NCBI GenBank assembly: GCA_038147155.1
Contig: JAYQTA010000002.1
Coordinates: forward strand, 195,595-259,594
DNA: 64,000 nt
Source of the DNA: Candidatus Australimonas brisbanensis
GTDB lineage: Bacteria > Chloroflexota > Dehalococcoidia > Lucifugimonadales > Australimonadaceae
Direction of reading: 5' to 3'
The translations under genes were made by a program, and so were the position numbers. How positions within the stretch are numbered: the stretch's first letter is position 1; the number at the start of each line of letters is the position of its first letter. Below are positions 24,645-33,558 of the stretch, piece after piece. The notes beneath the pieces were generated by a model, which saw only the letters and a program-made list of their open reading frames with translations, did no database searches and had not been told where the DNA came from.

Positions 24645-25987
24645 TGCGCACCGTCACCGGCTACCAGCAGGGGCTGGCCGCGCTGGCGCGCACACCCGGC
24701 TACGCCGAACCGCACCTCTCGCCCGCCGCCGCCGAGCGCATGACGGGCCTGTTCGGCGAACCCGTGGGCGCGAGCGAGGCGGTGCGCCGCATCGTGGCCG
24801 ACGTGCGCGAGCACGGGGACGATGCCCTGCGCCGCTGGGCCAAGCGCCTCGACGGCGCCGACCTGGACGCCATCGAGGTGGAACCGGCGCGCTGGGCAAG
24901 CGCCCTCAAGACGCTGCCGGAGCCCATGGTGGAGGCGCTCCTGGCCGCCGCTGCGCGGGTGCGTGCCTACCACCAACGGGCCATGCCTCAGGGGTGGGAC
25001 GACCCCGGCGCCGGGTACGGGCAGCGCATCGTTCCCCTGGAGCGCGTGGGCCTGTACGTCCCCGGCGGGACGGCCGCCTACCCCTCCACGGTGCTCATGA
25101 CGGCTATACCTGCCAGGGTCGCCGGGGTGGAGCAGGTGGTGCTGTGCACGCCCAACCCCAGCCAGGAGACCCTGGCCGCCGCGCACATCGCCGGGGTGGA
25201 CCGGGTGTTCGCCGTGGGCGGCGCTCAGGCCATCGCCGCCATGGCCTTCGGCACCGGCATCGTCCCCAAGGTGGACAAGATCTGCGGGCCGGGCGGGGCC
25301 TTCGTGGCCCTGGCCAAGCGCGAGGTGTACGGCCACGTGGACATCGACGGCCTCTACGGGCCCACGGAGACCGTGGTGCTGGCGGATGAGAGCGCGGACC
25401 CAGAGATGGCCGCCGCAGACCTGCTGGCCCAGGCCGAGCACGACGAGCTGGCCTCCCCCGTGCTGATCACCACCTCGGCCGACCAGGCCCGGGCCGTGGG
25501 CACGGCGCTGGAGCGTCAACTGGCCGGGCTAGAGCGCCGGGCCGTCGCCGCCGCCGCCGTGGAGCGCCAGGGCATCGCCGTGGTGGTGGAGAGCGTTGAA
25601 GAGGGGATAGCCCTGGCCAACGCCTTCGCCCCGGAGCACCTGTGCCTGCTGGTGCGCGAGCCCGCATCCCACGTGGGGCTGGTGCGCAACGCGGGAGGCA
25701 TCTTCGTGGGTGAGGACTCCCCGGAGGTGGCGGGCGACTACGTGGCCGGCCCCTCCCACACCATGCCCACGGGCGGCACGGCGCGCTACGCCTCCTCCCT
25801 GGGGGTGCAGACCTTCCTCAAGCACGTGCCGGTGATCGCCCTGCGCCCGCAGCACCTGCGGGAGGTGGGCCCGGCCGCTGCGGCCATCGCCCGTGCCGAG
25901 GGGCTCACCGGCCACGCCCGCGCCATGGAACGGCGGCTGGAGGGGGCGGGCGGGCCTGACAAGGACTTCTTCCCGGAGGAGTGCTGA
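24644..25987 (+). CDS. hisD: histidinol dehydrogenase
   Basis: TGATG overlap with his[52 protein letters not shown]. Confidence 0.95.
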   Translation: MRTVTGYQQGLAALARTPGYAEPHLSPAAAERMTGLFGEPVGASEAVRRIVADVREHGDDALRRWAKRLDGADLDAIEVEPARWASALKTLPEPMVEALLAAAARVRAYHQRAMPQGWDDPGAGYGQRIVPLERVGLYVPGGTAAYPSTVLMTAIPARVAGVEQVVLCTPNPSQETLAAAHIAGVDRVFAVGGAQAIAAMAFGTGIVPKVDKICGPGGAFVALAKREVYGHVDIDGLYGPTETVVLADESADPEMAAADLLAQAEHDELASPVLITTSADQARAVGTALERQLAGLERRAVAAAAVERQGIAVVVESVEEGIALANAFAPEHLCLLVREPASHVGLVRNAGGIFVGEDSPEVAGDYVAGPSHTMPTGGTARYASSLGVQTFLKHVPVIALRPQHLREVGPAAAAIARAEGLTGHARAMERRLEGAGGPDKDFFPEEC

Positions 25988-27087
25988 TGGCGCGCCGTCG
26001 CGTGATGGATCTGGTGCAACCGCACCTGCTGGGGCTGGACTCCTATGAGGCGGTGGACCCGCCGGAGGCGCTGGCCGCGCGTGCGGGCATTTCGGAGTCC
26101 GAGGTGGTCAAGCTCAACGCCAACGAGAACCCCTACGGCCCCTCGCCCAAGGTGGCGGGGGCGCTGGCGGACATGCGCCGCATCCATCTCTACCCCGACC
26201 CCGCGCAGGTGGCCGCCCGTGCGGCGGTGGCGCGCTACGTGGGCCTGGGCCCCGAGCACGTGGTGGTCGGCAACGGGAGCGATGAGATCATCGACCTGCT
26301 GTTCCGCGTGCTGCTGGCGCCGGGCGAGGCCATCGTCAACGCCGTGCCCACCTTCGGTATGTACGCCTTCAGCGCGCAGGTGTGCGGCGGGCGCACGGTG
26401 CCCGTGGAGCGCGACGCGCGCTTTGCAGTGGACGTGGAGGCCACCGTCGCCGCCTGCAAGCGTCCCGAGGTGAAGGCGCTGATTTTCGCCTCGCCCAACA
26501 ACCCCTCCGGCAACGCCACACCGGTGGAGGACATCGTCCGCCTCCTGGAGGCGGACTGCCTGGTCATCGTGGACGAGGCGTACGTGGAGTTCGACGCGCG
26601 CTCCGTGGCATCCCTGGTGCCGGAGCACCCCAACCTGGTGGTGCTCCGCACCCTCTCCAAGTGGGCGGGGCTGGCCGGGCTGCGGGTGGGGTACGGGCTC
26701 ATGGCCCCGGAGCTGGCCGACCTGCTCATGCGCGCCAAGCCCCCCTACAACATCTCCCAGGCCGCCGAGGCCGCGCTGCTGGCCTCGCTGGCCGACGTGG
26801 ACACGCTGAACGAGCGGGCAGCGCGCATCATCGCCGAGCGCGCCCGGCTGGCGGGGCTGCTGGCTGCGGTGCCGGGGGTCATCCCGCTGCCCTCGGAGGC
26901 CAACTTCATCCTCGCCCGCATGCCCCAGGGACGCGGCAAGGTGGTGTACGAAGGCCTCGCCCGGCGCGGAGTCTTCGTGAGATACTACGCGCGCGGCGTC
27001 CTGGCCGATTACCTGCGGGTATCGGTGGGCACGCCCCAGCAGACGGACCGCCTCATGGCCGCGCTGGCCGAGGCGATGGAGGACTGA
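25987..27087 (+). CDS. hisC: histidinol-phosphate aminotransferase
   Basis: Its ATG overlaps the hisD stop. LNANENPYGPSP, FASPNNPSGN, RTLSKWAGLAGLRVGY. Confidence 0.9.
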   Translation: MARRRVMDLVQPHLLGLDSYEAVDPPEALAARAGISESEVVKLNANENPYGPSPKVAGALADMRRIHLYPDPAQVAARAAVARYVGLGPEHVVVGNGSDEIIDLLFRVLLAPGEAIVNAVPTFGMYAFSAQVCGGRTVPVERDARFAVDVEATVAACKRPEVKALIFASPNNPSGNATPVEDIVRLLEADCLVIVDEAYVEFDARSVASLVPEHPNLVVLRTLSKWAGLAGLRVGYGLMAPELADLLMRAKPPYNISQAAEAALLASLADVDTLNERAARIIAERARLAGLLAAVPGVIPLPSEANFILARMPQGRGKVVYEGLARRGVFVRYYARGVLADYLRVSVGTPQQTDRLMAALAEAMED

Positions 27088-27088
27088 G

Positions 27089-27688
27089 GTGGCCCAGCGC
27101 ACCGGCACCTGCAAGCGGCTGACCGGCGAGACGAACATCGCCGTCACCATCGGCCTCGATGGCCCCGGCCGCACCGAGGTGAGCACCGGCAACGGGATGC
27201 TGGACCACCTGCTTGACCAGCTGGGTCGCCACGGCCTCTTCGACCTGAAGGTGGAGGCCAGGGGCGATGCCGCCCGCACCGGCTGGCACCACACCGTCGA
27301 GGACACGGGCATCGCACTGGGACGGGCCCTCGCCGAGGCGGTGGGTGATGCCAAGGGCATCCGGCGCATGGGGCACGCCATCGTTCCTCTGGATGAGGCG
27401 CTGGCACGCGTGGCGCTGGACATCTCCGGACGGCCCTATGCGGTGGTGGAACTGGGCATCACCGGGGTGACCATCGGGGAGCTACCGGGCGATCTGGTGC
27501 GCCACTTCCTGCACTCCTTCGCCACGGAAGCGCGCATCAGCCTCCACGCCGAGGTGCTCGCAGGCGTGAATGCCCACCACAAGGCGGAGGCTACCTTCAA
27601 GGCGCTGGCGCGCGCGCTGCGCGATGCGGTGGAGCCGGACCCGCGCGCCGGGAAAACCGTGCCCTCCACCAAGGGCACCCTCTCCTAG
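27089..27688 (+). CDS. hisB: imidazoleglycerol-phosphate dehydratase
   Basis: TGETNIAV...GNGMLDHLLDQL...HHTVEDTGIALG...NAHHKAEATFKALARAL. Confidence 0.95.
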   Translation: MAQRTGTCKRLTGETNIAVTIGLDGPGRTEVSTGNGMLDHLLDQLGRHGLFDLKVEARGDAARTGWHHTVEDTGIALGRALAEAVGDAKGIRRMGHAIVPLDEALARVALDISGRPYAVVELGITGVTIGELPGDLVRHFLHSFATEARISLHAEVLAGVNAHHKAEATFKALARALRDAVEPDPRAGKTVPSTKGTLS

Positions 27689-27692
27689 GCCG

Positions 27693-27950
27693 CTAGCCCG
27701 CTGTTGGCTCCACCTCGGCCCGGTAAGACTCGATCACCGGGTTCGCCAGCAACCGGTCGCACATCTCCTCCAGCGCCCTGCGGGCGGCCGCTGCATCGGC
27801 GGCCTCCAGCTGAAGGGTGAGGTACTTGCCCACCCGCACCTCGCTCACAGAGGAGAACCCCAGGGCGTGGAGCCCGTGCTGCACGGCGTTACCCTGGGGG
27901 TCGTTGACCCCGGGCTTGAGCTGGATGTGGACCTGGCCGGTGAAGCGCAT
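27693..27950 (-). CDS. purS: phosphoribosylformylglycinamidine synthase subunit PurS
   Basis: 85 aa. VHIQLKPGVNDPQGNAVQHGLHALGF...GKYLTLQLE...LANPVIE. Confidence 0.9.
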   Translation of the reverse strand: MRFTGQVHIQLKPGVNDPQGNAVQHGLHALGFSSVSEVRVGKYLTLQLEAADAAAARRALEEMCDRLLANPVIESYRAEVEPTAG

Positions 27951-27959
27951 GGGTGCGTC

Positions 27960-29279
27960 CTAGGGGTTGGTGTGGTCGGGCACGACGGGAGTGGGCGTGG
28001 GCACCGCCACCTCCGGCGTCACGCCGCAGTTGGCGTCGAGGAACAGCGGGCCACGGTTGCGGTGGGAGGCGACGAATGCATCCAGCGCCGCCTCATCGAA
28101 TCCGTCGATGGTCTGGGTCCAGCCCCAGGCGGTGAGGACGATGCTCCCCTCACCCACGCCATCGTAGGGCTGTGCGACCAGGCAGCCGGGGTACCCGGCC
28201 TGCCCGGTCAGGTAATCGCTCAGTAGCGCCACCTGCGCCGGGTCGGTGAGGTTGTGGTTCAGCACCACCGCGCCCACCTGCAGGTTCTTCACGATGGCCT
28301 CGTCCGCCTGCTGCTCCGCCAGCACGCCCCACGGCGCAGGGTCGGCGTAGTGCGCCCCGGAGGTGGGCGGCGTGGTGCTGTAGGCGGTGTGCTCCTCACC
28401 CTCCGTCACCTCGACGGCGGCCTGCGTCTCCACCTGGGTGCCAGCGGCGGGCACCGGCGTGGGCGTCGCGTTCTGGCCAGGGTTGGCCAGCGGGACCACC
28501 GACGGCAAGATGATGCCGATGATGAGCAGGCTGGCAATGAACCCGCCACCCAGCGCGATGAGCGTACGGCGGCGGCGGCGCTTGGCCACGGAGCGCTCGC
28601 GGCGCTGGGCGCGCGAGACGGTGCGCTTGGCGGGGCGGCGGCGGCGGGCTGTCTCGGCCCGCGTAGCGGCGCTGGCGGCGGCAACTGGTGCAGCAGCCGC
28701 TGCTCCAGCGGCCGCCTCAACCGGCGCCTCAGCCTCAGTGGCAGGCGCCGCCTCACCAGGCGCTTCCTCCTCAGCGGCAGGTTCCTCAGGTTCACCGGCA
28801 GGCGTCTCCTCAGCCGGAGCCTCGGCCACGGGCGCGTCTGCCTCAGCGGGAGCCTCAGCCTCTAGGGCAGGCGTCTCCTCAGCCGGGGTCTCGGCCACGG
28901 GCGCGGGCGCGTCCGCCTCAGTGGGAGCCTCAGCCTCTATGGCAGGCATCTCCTCAGCCGGGGTCTCGGCCACGGGCGCGGGCGCGTCTGCCTCAGCGGG
29001 AGCCTCAGCCTCTATGGCAGGCGTCTCCTCAGCCGGGGTCTCGGCCACGGGCGCGGGCGCGTCCGCCTCAGTGGGAGCCTCAGCCTCTATGGCAGGCGTC
29101 TCCTCAGCCGGGGTCTCGGCCACGGGCGCGGGCGCGTCTGCCTCAGCGGGAGCCTCAGCCTCTATGGCAGGCGTCTCCTCAGCCGGGGTCTCGGCCACGG
29201 GCGCGGGCTGCTCGGCTTCGGCGGCGGGCGTAGGCTCCTGCTGCTGCTCGTCGTCGTTCGGGCGCTGCTCTTCGCTCAT
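27960..29279 (-). CDS. single-pass membrane protein: acidic 25-aa tandem-repeat N-terminus, basic stretch, TM, DUF3105-like C-terminal domain
   Basis: Five copies of PAPVAETPAEETPAIEAEAP(A/T)EADA. Then RRRRPAKR...KRRRRR, TM LIALGGGFIASLLIIGIIL, and a C-terminal PPTSGAHY...VKNLQVGAVVLNHN domain. Confidence 0.8.
   Translation of the reverse strand: MSEEQRPNDDEQQQEPTPAAEAEQPAPVAETPAEETPAIEAEAPAEADAPAPVAETPAEETPAIEAEAPTEADAPAPVAETPAEETPAIEAEAPAEADAPAPVAETPAEEMPAIEAEAPTEADAPAPVAETPAEETPALEAEAPAEADAPVAEAPAEETPAGEPEEPAAEEEAPGEAAPATEAEAPVEAAAGAAAAAPVAAASAATRAETARRRRPAKRTVSRAQRRERSVAKRRRRRTLIALGGGFIASLLIIGIILPSVVPLANPGQNATPTPVPAAGTQVETQAAVEVTEGEEHTAYSTTPPTSGAHYADPAPWGVLAEQQADEAIVKNLQVGAVVLNHNLTDPAQVALLSDYLTGQAGYPGCLVAQPYDGVGEGSIVLTAWGWTQTIDGFDEAALDAFVASHRNRGPLFLDANCGVTPEVAVPTPTPVVPDHTNP
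28833..29207. repeat. 5 x 75-nt near-identical in-frame tandem repeat (150-nt higher-order alternation)
   Basis: The unit GGCAGGCGTCTCCTCAGCCGGGGTCTCGGCCACGGGCGCGGGCGCGTC(C/T)GCCTCAG(T/C)GGGAGCCTCAGCCTCTAT repeats head to tail. A degenerate partial copy extends to about 28795. Confidence 0.9.
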
Positions 29280-29292
29280 GGGGTGGTCTTCC

Positions 29293-30195
29293 TCACAGTA
29301 GCGGCGTGCCGGTGAGGCGCCGGTACGCCTCCAGGTAACGCTCGCGGGTCCTGCGGACGATGTCTTCGGGCAGGGCGGGGGCGGGAGGGGTCTTGTCCCA
29401 GGGCTGGGTCAGGAGCCAGTCCCGCACGAACTGCTTGTCATAGTTGGGCTGGGAGCGCCCCGGCGCGTACCCCTCGGCGTCCCAGAAGCGGGAGGAGTCG
29501 GGGGTGAGCACCTCGTCGATGAGGATGACCCGCCCGTCGTGGACGCCGAACTCGAACTTGGTGTCCGCCAGGATGATGCCACGCGGGTGTGCGTAGTCGT
29601 GCGCGAACCGAAAGAGGGCGAAGGAGAGCGCCTCCACCTGGGTGGCCAACTCATCGCTGATCTGCGCGCGCACCTGCGCCATGGACAGGGGCTCGTCGTG
29701 TCCGGCCTCGGCCTTGGTGGTGGGCGTGAACAGCAGTTCGGGGAGCTGCGAGCCGTCAACCAGCCCTGCGGGCACCGGGATGCCGAAGATGCTCCCGCTC
29801 TGGCGGTAGTCCACCAGCGCCGAGCCGGTCAGGTAGGCGCGCACCACGCACTCCACGTCGATGCGCTCGGCGCGCTTCACCACCATGGCCTGGCGGGCGA
29901 TGGCTGGGTCGAGCCCCCGGAGAATGGGGTGCTGCGCCACAGGGCCCAGCGCCGCGGGGTCATCGGCCATGCCCACGAAGTGGTTGGGGACGATGCGCCC
30001 GGTCTGCGCGAACCAGAATCGCGACATCTGCGAGAGAATGTAGCCCTTGTCCGGGATGCCATTGGGCATCACCACGTCGAAGGCGCTGATGCGGTCGGTG
30101 GCGACCATGAGCAGCAGCCCGTCGCCCAGGTCATAGGTGTCGCGCACCTTGCCCTTGTGCAGCGGATTCGGCAGGTCGGTGGTGAGGAGCGTCAT
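29293..30195 (-). CDS. purC: phosphoribosylaminoimidazole-succinocarboxamide synthase
   Basis: KGKVRDTYDLGDGLLLMVATDRISAFD, LADTKFEFG. Confidence 0.95.
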   Translation of the reverse strand: MTLLTTDLPNPLHKGKVRDTYDLGDGLLLMVATDRISAFDVVMPNGIPDKGYILSQMSRFWFAQTGRIVPNHFVGMADDPAALGPVAQHPILRGLDPAIARQAMVVKRAERIDVECVVRAYLTGSALVDYRQSGSIFGIPVPAGLVDGSQLPELLFTPTTKAEAGHDEPLSMAQVRAQISDELATQVEALSFALFRFAHDYAHPRGIILADTKFEFGVHDGRVILIDEVLTPDSSRFWDAEGYAPGRSQPNYDKQFVRDWLLTQPWDKTPPAPALPEDIVRRTRERYLEAYRRLTGTPLL

Positions 30196-30200
30196 CGCCT

Positions 30201-31493
30201 CTACTCCAGCCCGGCCCGCGTGAAGATGGCGTCCACGTGCCTGGTGTAGTAGCCGTAGTCGAACAGCTCGTCCAGCTGGGTTTTGGAGAGCTTGGCCTGC
30301 ACCGTGGGATCCTTGCGCACCAGATCCCGGAAGTCCTTGTTCTGTTCCCAGGTGGAGGCCGCGTGGCGCTGGGCAAGGCGGTAGCCCTCCTCTCGGGCCA
30401 TCCCCGCCTCCACCAGCGAGAGCATCACCCGCTGGGAGAAGACCAGCCCGCGGGTGGACTCGATGTTGGTCATCATCCGTTCGGGGAAGACCCGGATGCC
30501 GTTGATGATGTATGTGAACAGATCGAGGATGTAGTCCAGCGCCATAGTGGCGTCGGGCAGGATGATGCGCTCTGCGGAGGAGTGGGAGATGTCCCGCTCA
30601 TGCCAGAGGGCCACGTTCTCCAGGGCCGTCACGGCGTTGCCCCTGATCAGGCGCGCCAGCCCGCACACGCGCTCCGACAGGTCGGGGTTGCGCTTGTGGG
30701 GCATGGCGGACGAGCCCGTCTGCCCCTCGCCGAACGGCTCCTCTACCTCGTGCACCTCGGTGCGCTGGAGGCCCCGAATCTCGGTGGCGAACTTCTCCAG
30801 CGAGGCTGCCACCACGGCCAGGGTGCTCACGAAGTAGGCATGGCGGTCGCGCTGGACGATCTGGTTGGAGATGGGCGCGTAGGGGATGCCCAGCGCCTCA
30901 CACGCGTAGGTCTCCACCTCCAGGGGCACCGTGGCGTGGGTGCCCACGGCGCCCGATATCTTCCCCACGGAGACCTGCGCTGCGGCCTCGGCCAGGCGCG
31001 CGCGGTTGCGGCGCATCTCGTCCCACCACAGCGCCAGCTTGAGTCCGAAGGTGATGGGCTCGGCGTGGACGCCGTGGGTGCGCCCCATCATCAGCGTGGC
31101 CCGGTGCTCTAGCGCCTTGGCCCGCAGCGCCTCGATGAGCCGGTCGACCTCAGCAAGCAGGAGGGCGGACGCGTCGCGCAGCTGGAGGCCCGTGGCGGTG
31201 TCCCACACATCGTTGGAGGTCAGACCCAGATGCACCCAGCGCCCCTCGGGGCCCAGGGAGGAGGTGACGGAGTAGAGGAACGCCGTCACATCGTGCTTGG
31301 TCTGGGCGAACTTCTCGGCGAGCTTGGCCTGATCCCAGGTGGCCCTGCGTATCTTGGCCATGTCCGCCTCGGGCACCACGCCCAGGCGGGTCCACGCCTC
31401 GCAGACGGCCACCTCCACCGCGAGCCACCGGTCGTACTTGCCGGCGTCGGTCCAGATGGCCTTCATCGCCTCACGGGCGTAGCGGTCGATCAC
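30201..31493 (-). CDS. purB: adenylosuccinate lyase
   Basis: GGAGG lies 7 nt before GTG 31493, which is internal to ORF ..31736. IDRYAREAMKAIW, GLTSNDVWDTA, GSSAMPHKRNP. Confidence 0.95.
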   Translation of the reverse strand: MIDRYAREAMKAIWTDAGKYDRWLAVEVAVCEAWTRLGVVPEADMAKIRRATWDQAKLAEKFAQTKHDVTAFLYSVTSSLGPEGRWVHLGLTSNDVWDTATGLQLRDASALLLAEVDRLIEALRAKALEHRATLMMGRTHGVHAEPITFGLKLALWWDEMRRNRARLAEAAAQVSVGKISGAVGTHATVPLEVETYACEALGIPYAPISNQIVQRDRHAYFVSTLAVVAASLEKFATEIRGLQRTEVHEVEEPFGEGQTGSSAMPHKRNPDLSERVCGLARLIRGNAVTALENVALWHERDISHSSAERIILPDATMALDYILDLFTYIINGIRVFPERMMTNIESTRGLVFSQRVMLSLVEAGMAREEGYRLAQRHAASTWEQNKDFRDLVRKDPTVQAKLSKTQLDELFDYGYYTRHVDAIFTRAGLE

Positions 31494-32137
31494 GAGCGGG
31501 CCTCCGTGGGGGCGGTGCGCAGGTAGTCCAGCACCACGTGGAAATCGGTGAGCTCCCGGTGGGGGATGCCCTCGGCTCGGCACACGGACAGCAGGGCGTC
31601 GCGGGCGAAGACGAAGTCGGCCTCGCGGGCGGGGCAGGCATCCGAAGCGCCGTCGCCAGCGTACAGCACCGCATGCCCCGCCTGCCGGTGCGCGCGCACC
31701 GCGCTGCACTTGCAGTTGCCGGGGTACCAATCGCACGCCGGGTCAGCCCAGCGGTAGCGGTAGGCGCCGGACTCCGGTGACCGTTCGGCGGCCTGCACGC
31801 CGACGTTGGCCAACCCGTTCTGGTCCAGCAGTGCCCTGATGTAGTAGTCGAGCCCATGGCTCACCACGCCCAGGCCGATGCCCTCACGCTCACAGTGGAC
31901 GGCCAGTTCTACGAAGCCGGGGCGTAGCGCCGCCGCCTCCCGAACGTGGGCCGCCTGCTGCTCCTGGGGCGCGCGCACACCCTCGAACGCCTGCTCCTGG
32001 TACTCGGCGAGGGATATCTCCCCACGCCGGAACCGGTCCGCCGCAGCGCGCCACCCGCCGGGATGGAAGCGCTCCAAGAGCAGCACCGCCACGTTCTGCG
32101 TGGCGGTGGTGTCGTCGAAGTCGCACAGGATGAACAT
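31490..32137 (-). CDS. HAD-IB phosphatase, MtnX-like
   Basis: MFILCDFDDT (DxDxT). Cys cluster PACDWYPGNCKC. YAGDGASD. Its stop overlaps the purB start (GTGA). Confidence 0.75.
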   Translation of the reverse strand: MFILCDFDDTTATQNVAVLLLERFHPGGWRAAADRFRRGEISLAEYQEQAFEGVRAPQEQQAAHVREAAALRPGFVELAVHCEREGIGLGVVSHGLDYYIRALLDQNGLANVGVQAAERSPESGAYRYRWADPACDWYPGNCKCSAVRAHRQAGHAVLYAGDGASDACPAREADFVFARDALLSVCRAEGIPHRELTDFHVVLDYLRTAPTEARS

Positions 32138-32284
32138 GCGGGAGAAGCACCCTACGGGTGGGCTGGCAGTGCCAGGATAGCCGATGGAGCCGCTGCGCGC
32201 ACCCGCGCGCGCCCTGGCGCATCTGAACCTGGCGAGCGCCCCGCCTCCCGCGCGATACTGGGCGTGCCCTTCGAGAGGACGCTG

Positions 32285-33552
32285 ATGACCACCGCTGCCA
32301 CAGGCCCGCAAGCCCTGATCGCCGCCTACACCCAGGTGCGGGCCGCGACCGAGGCGCTGTGTTCGACGCTGGAGACGGAGGACTACGTCATCCAGGCCAT
32401 GCCGGACGTGAGCCCCGCCAAGTGGCACCTTGCTCACGTCTCCTGGTTCTTCGAAACGTTCCTGTTGCGCCCGCACCTGCCGGGCTACCGGCCCGTGGAC
32501 GAGCGCTATGCGGTGCTCTTCAACTCCTACTACAACGCCGTGGGTCCCCAGTTCTCCCGCCCGGAGCGGGGCACCCTCTCCCGCCCCACGGTGGCGCAGG
32601 TGTATGCGTACCGGGCCCACGTGGACGAGGCGATGCTGCAGCTGCTGGAGGGGCTCGCGCCGGAGCAGGCGGCGGCGCTGGGCTCCCTGGTGACACTGGG
32701 CGTGAACCATGAGCAACAGCACCAGGAGCTACTCCTCACCGACCTCAAGTACAACCTGTCCGTTAACCCCCTGCGGCCCGTCTTCCATGACCGGGCCATC
32801 CCCACCGCCCCCGCGGCCCCGCTCTCCTGGCGCGCCATCGCAGGAGGCATTGTGGAGGTGGGGCATGCGGGCGATGGCTTCGCCTTCGATAACGAATCGC
32901 CCCGCCACCGGACGCTGCTGGAGCCCTTCGCCCTGGCATCGCGCCCCGTCACCAACGCCGAGTACCTGGCGTTCATGGAGGACGGCGGCTACGCGACCCC
33001 CACGCTGTGGCTCTCCCAGGGGTGGGCTGCCGTGCAGACGAACGGCTGGGAGGCCCCGCTGCACTGGGAGCGGGTGGATGGACAGTGGCACCACTTCACC
33101 CTCGCTGGCCTGGTGCCCGTGGACAGGGATGCGCCGGTGAGCCACGTCTCCTACGTGGAGGCCGAGGCCTACGCCCACTGGGCGGGCGCGCGCCTGCCCT
33201 CCGAGGAGGAGTGGGAGCACGCGTTGGGCCACCTGCCCATCGAGGGGAACCTGGCCGATTCCGGGCTGCACCAGCCCATCTCCTCAGGGCTCGCGCCGGA
33301 GGCTGGGGGTATGCTTCAGGCCTACGGCGATGTGTGGGAATGGACGCGCTCGGCCTACCTGCCGTACCCCGGCTACCGGCAGGCCGAGGGGGCGGTGGGG
33401 AGTACAACGGCAAGTTCATGCTGGGGCAGATGGTGCTGCGCGGCGGCTCGTGCGCCACGCCCACCAGCCACGTGCGGGGCACCTACCGCAACTTCTTCAA
33501 CCCACCGGACCGTTGGCAGTTCACCGGCCTGCGGTTGGCGAAGGACGCCTAA
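32285..33552 (+). pseudogene. egtB: ergothioneine sulfoxide synthase EgtB, interrupted by a 1-nt frameshift in a G-run (33397-33400)
   Basis: The DinB_2 domain (KWHLAHVSWFFETF, GVNHEQQHQELL) and FGE-sulfatase domain read in the frame of ORF 31946.. up to ...AEGAVG. The conserved C-terminus [21 protein letters not shown]...YRNFF...RLAKD continues in the frame of ORF 33007..33552. Confidence 0.8.
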
Positions 33553-33558
33553 GCCCAA

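Noticed and set aside
28790-29215. The regular 75-nt repeats as a CRISPR array.
   Set aside because: There are no unique spacers between the repeats, which are directly abutting. All units are in frame within a coding sequence, and no cas genes are present.
33007-33552. ORF 33007..33552 as an independent 181-aa gene.
   Set aside because: Only its last ~50 residues are meaningful (EYNGKFM...RLAKDA), and they are the missing C-terminus of EgtB. The rest is out-of-frame EgtB sequence.
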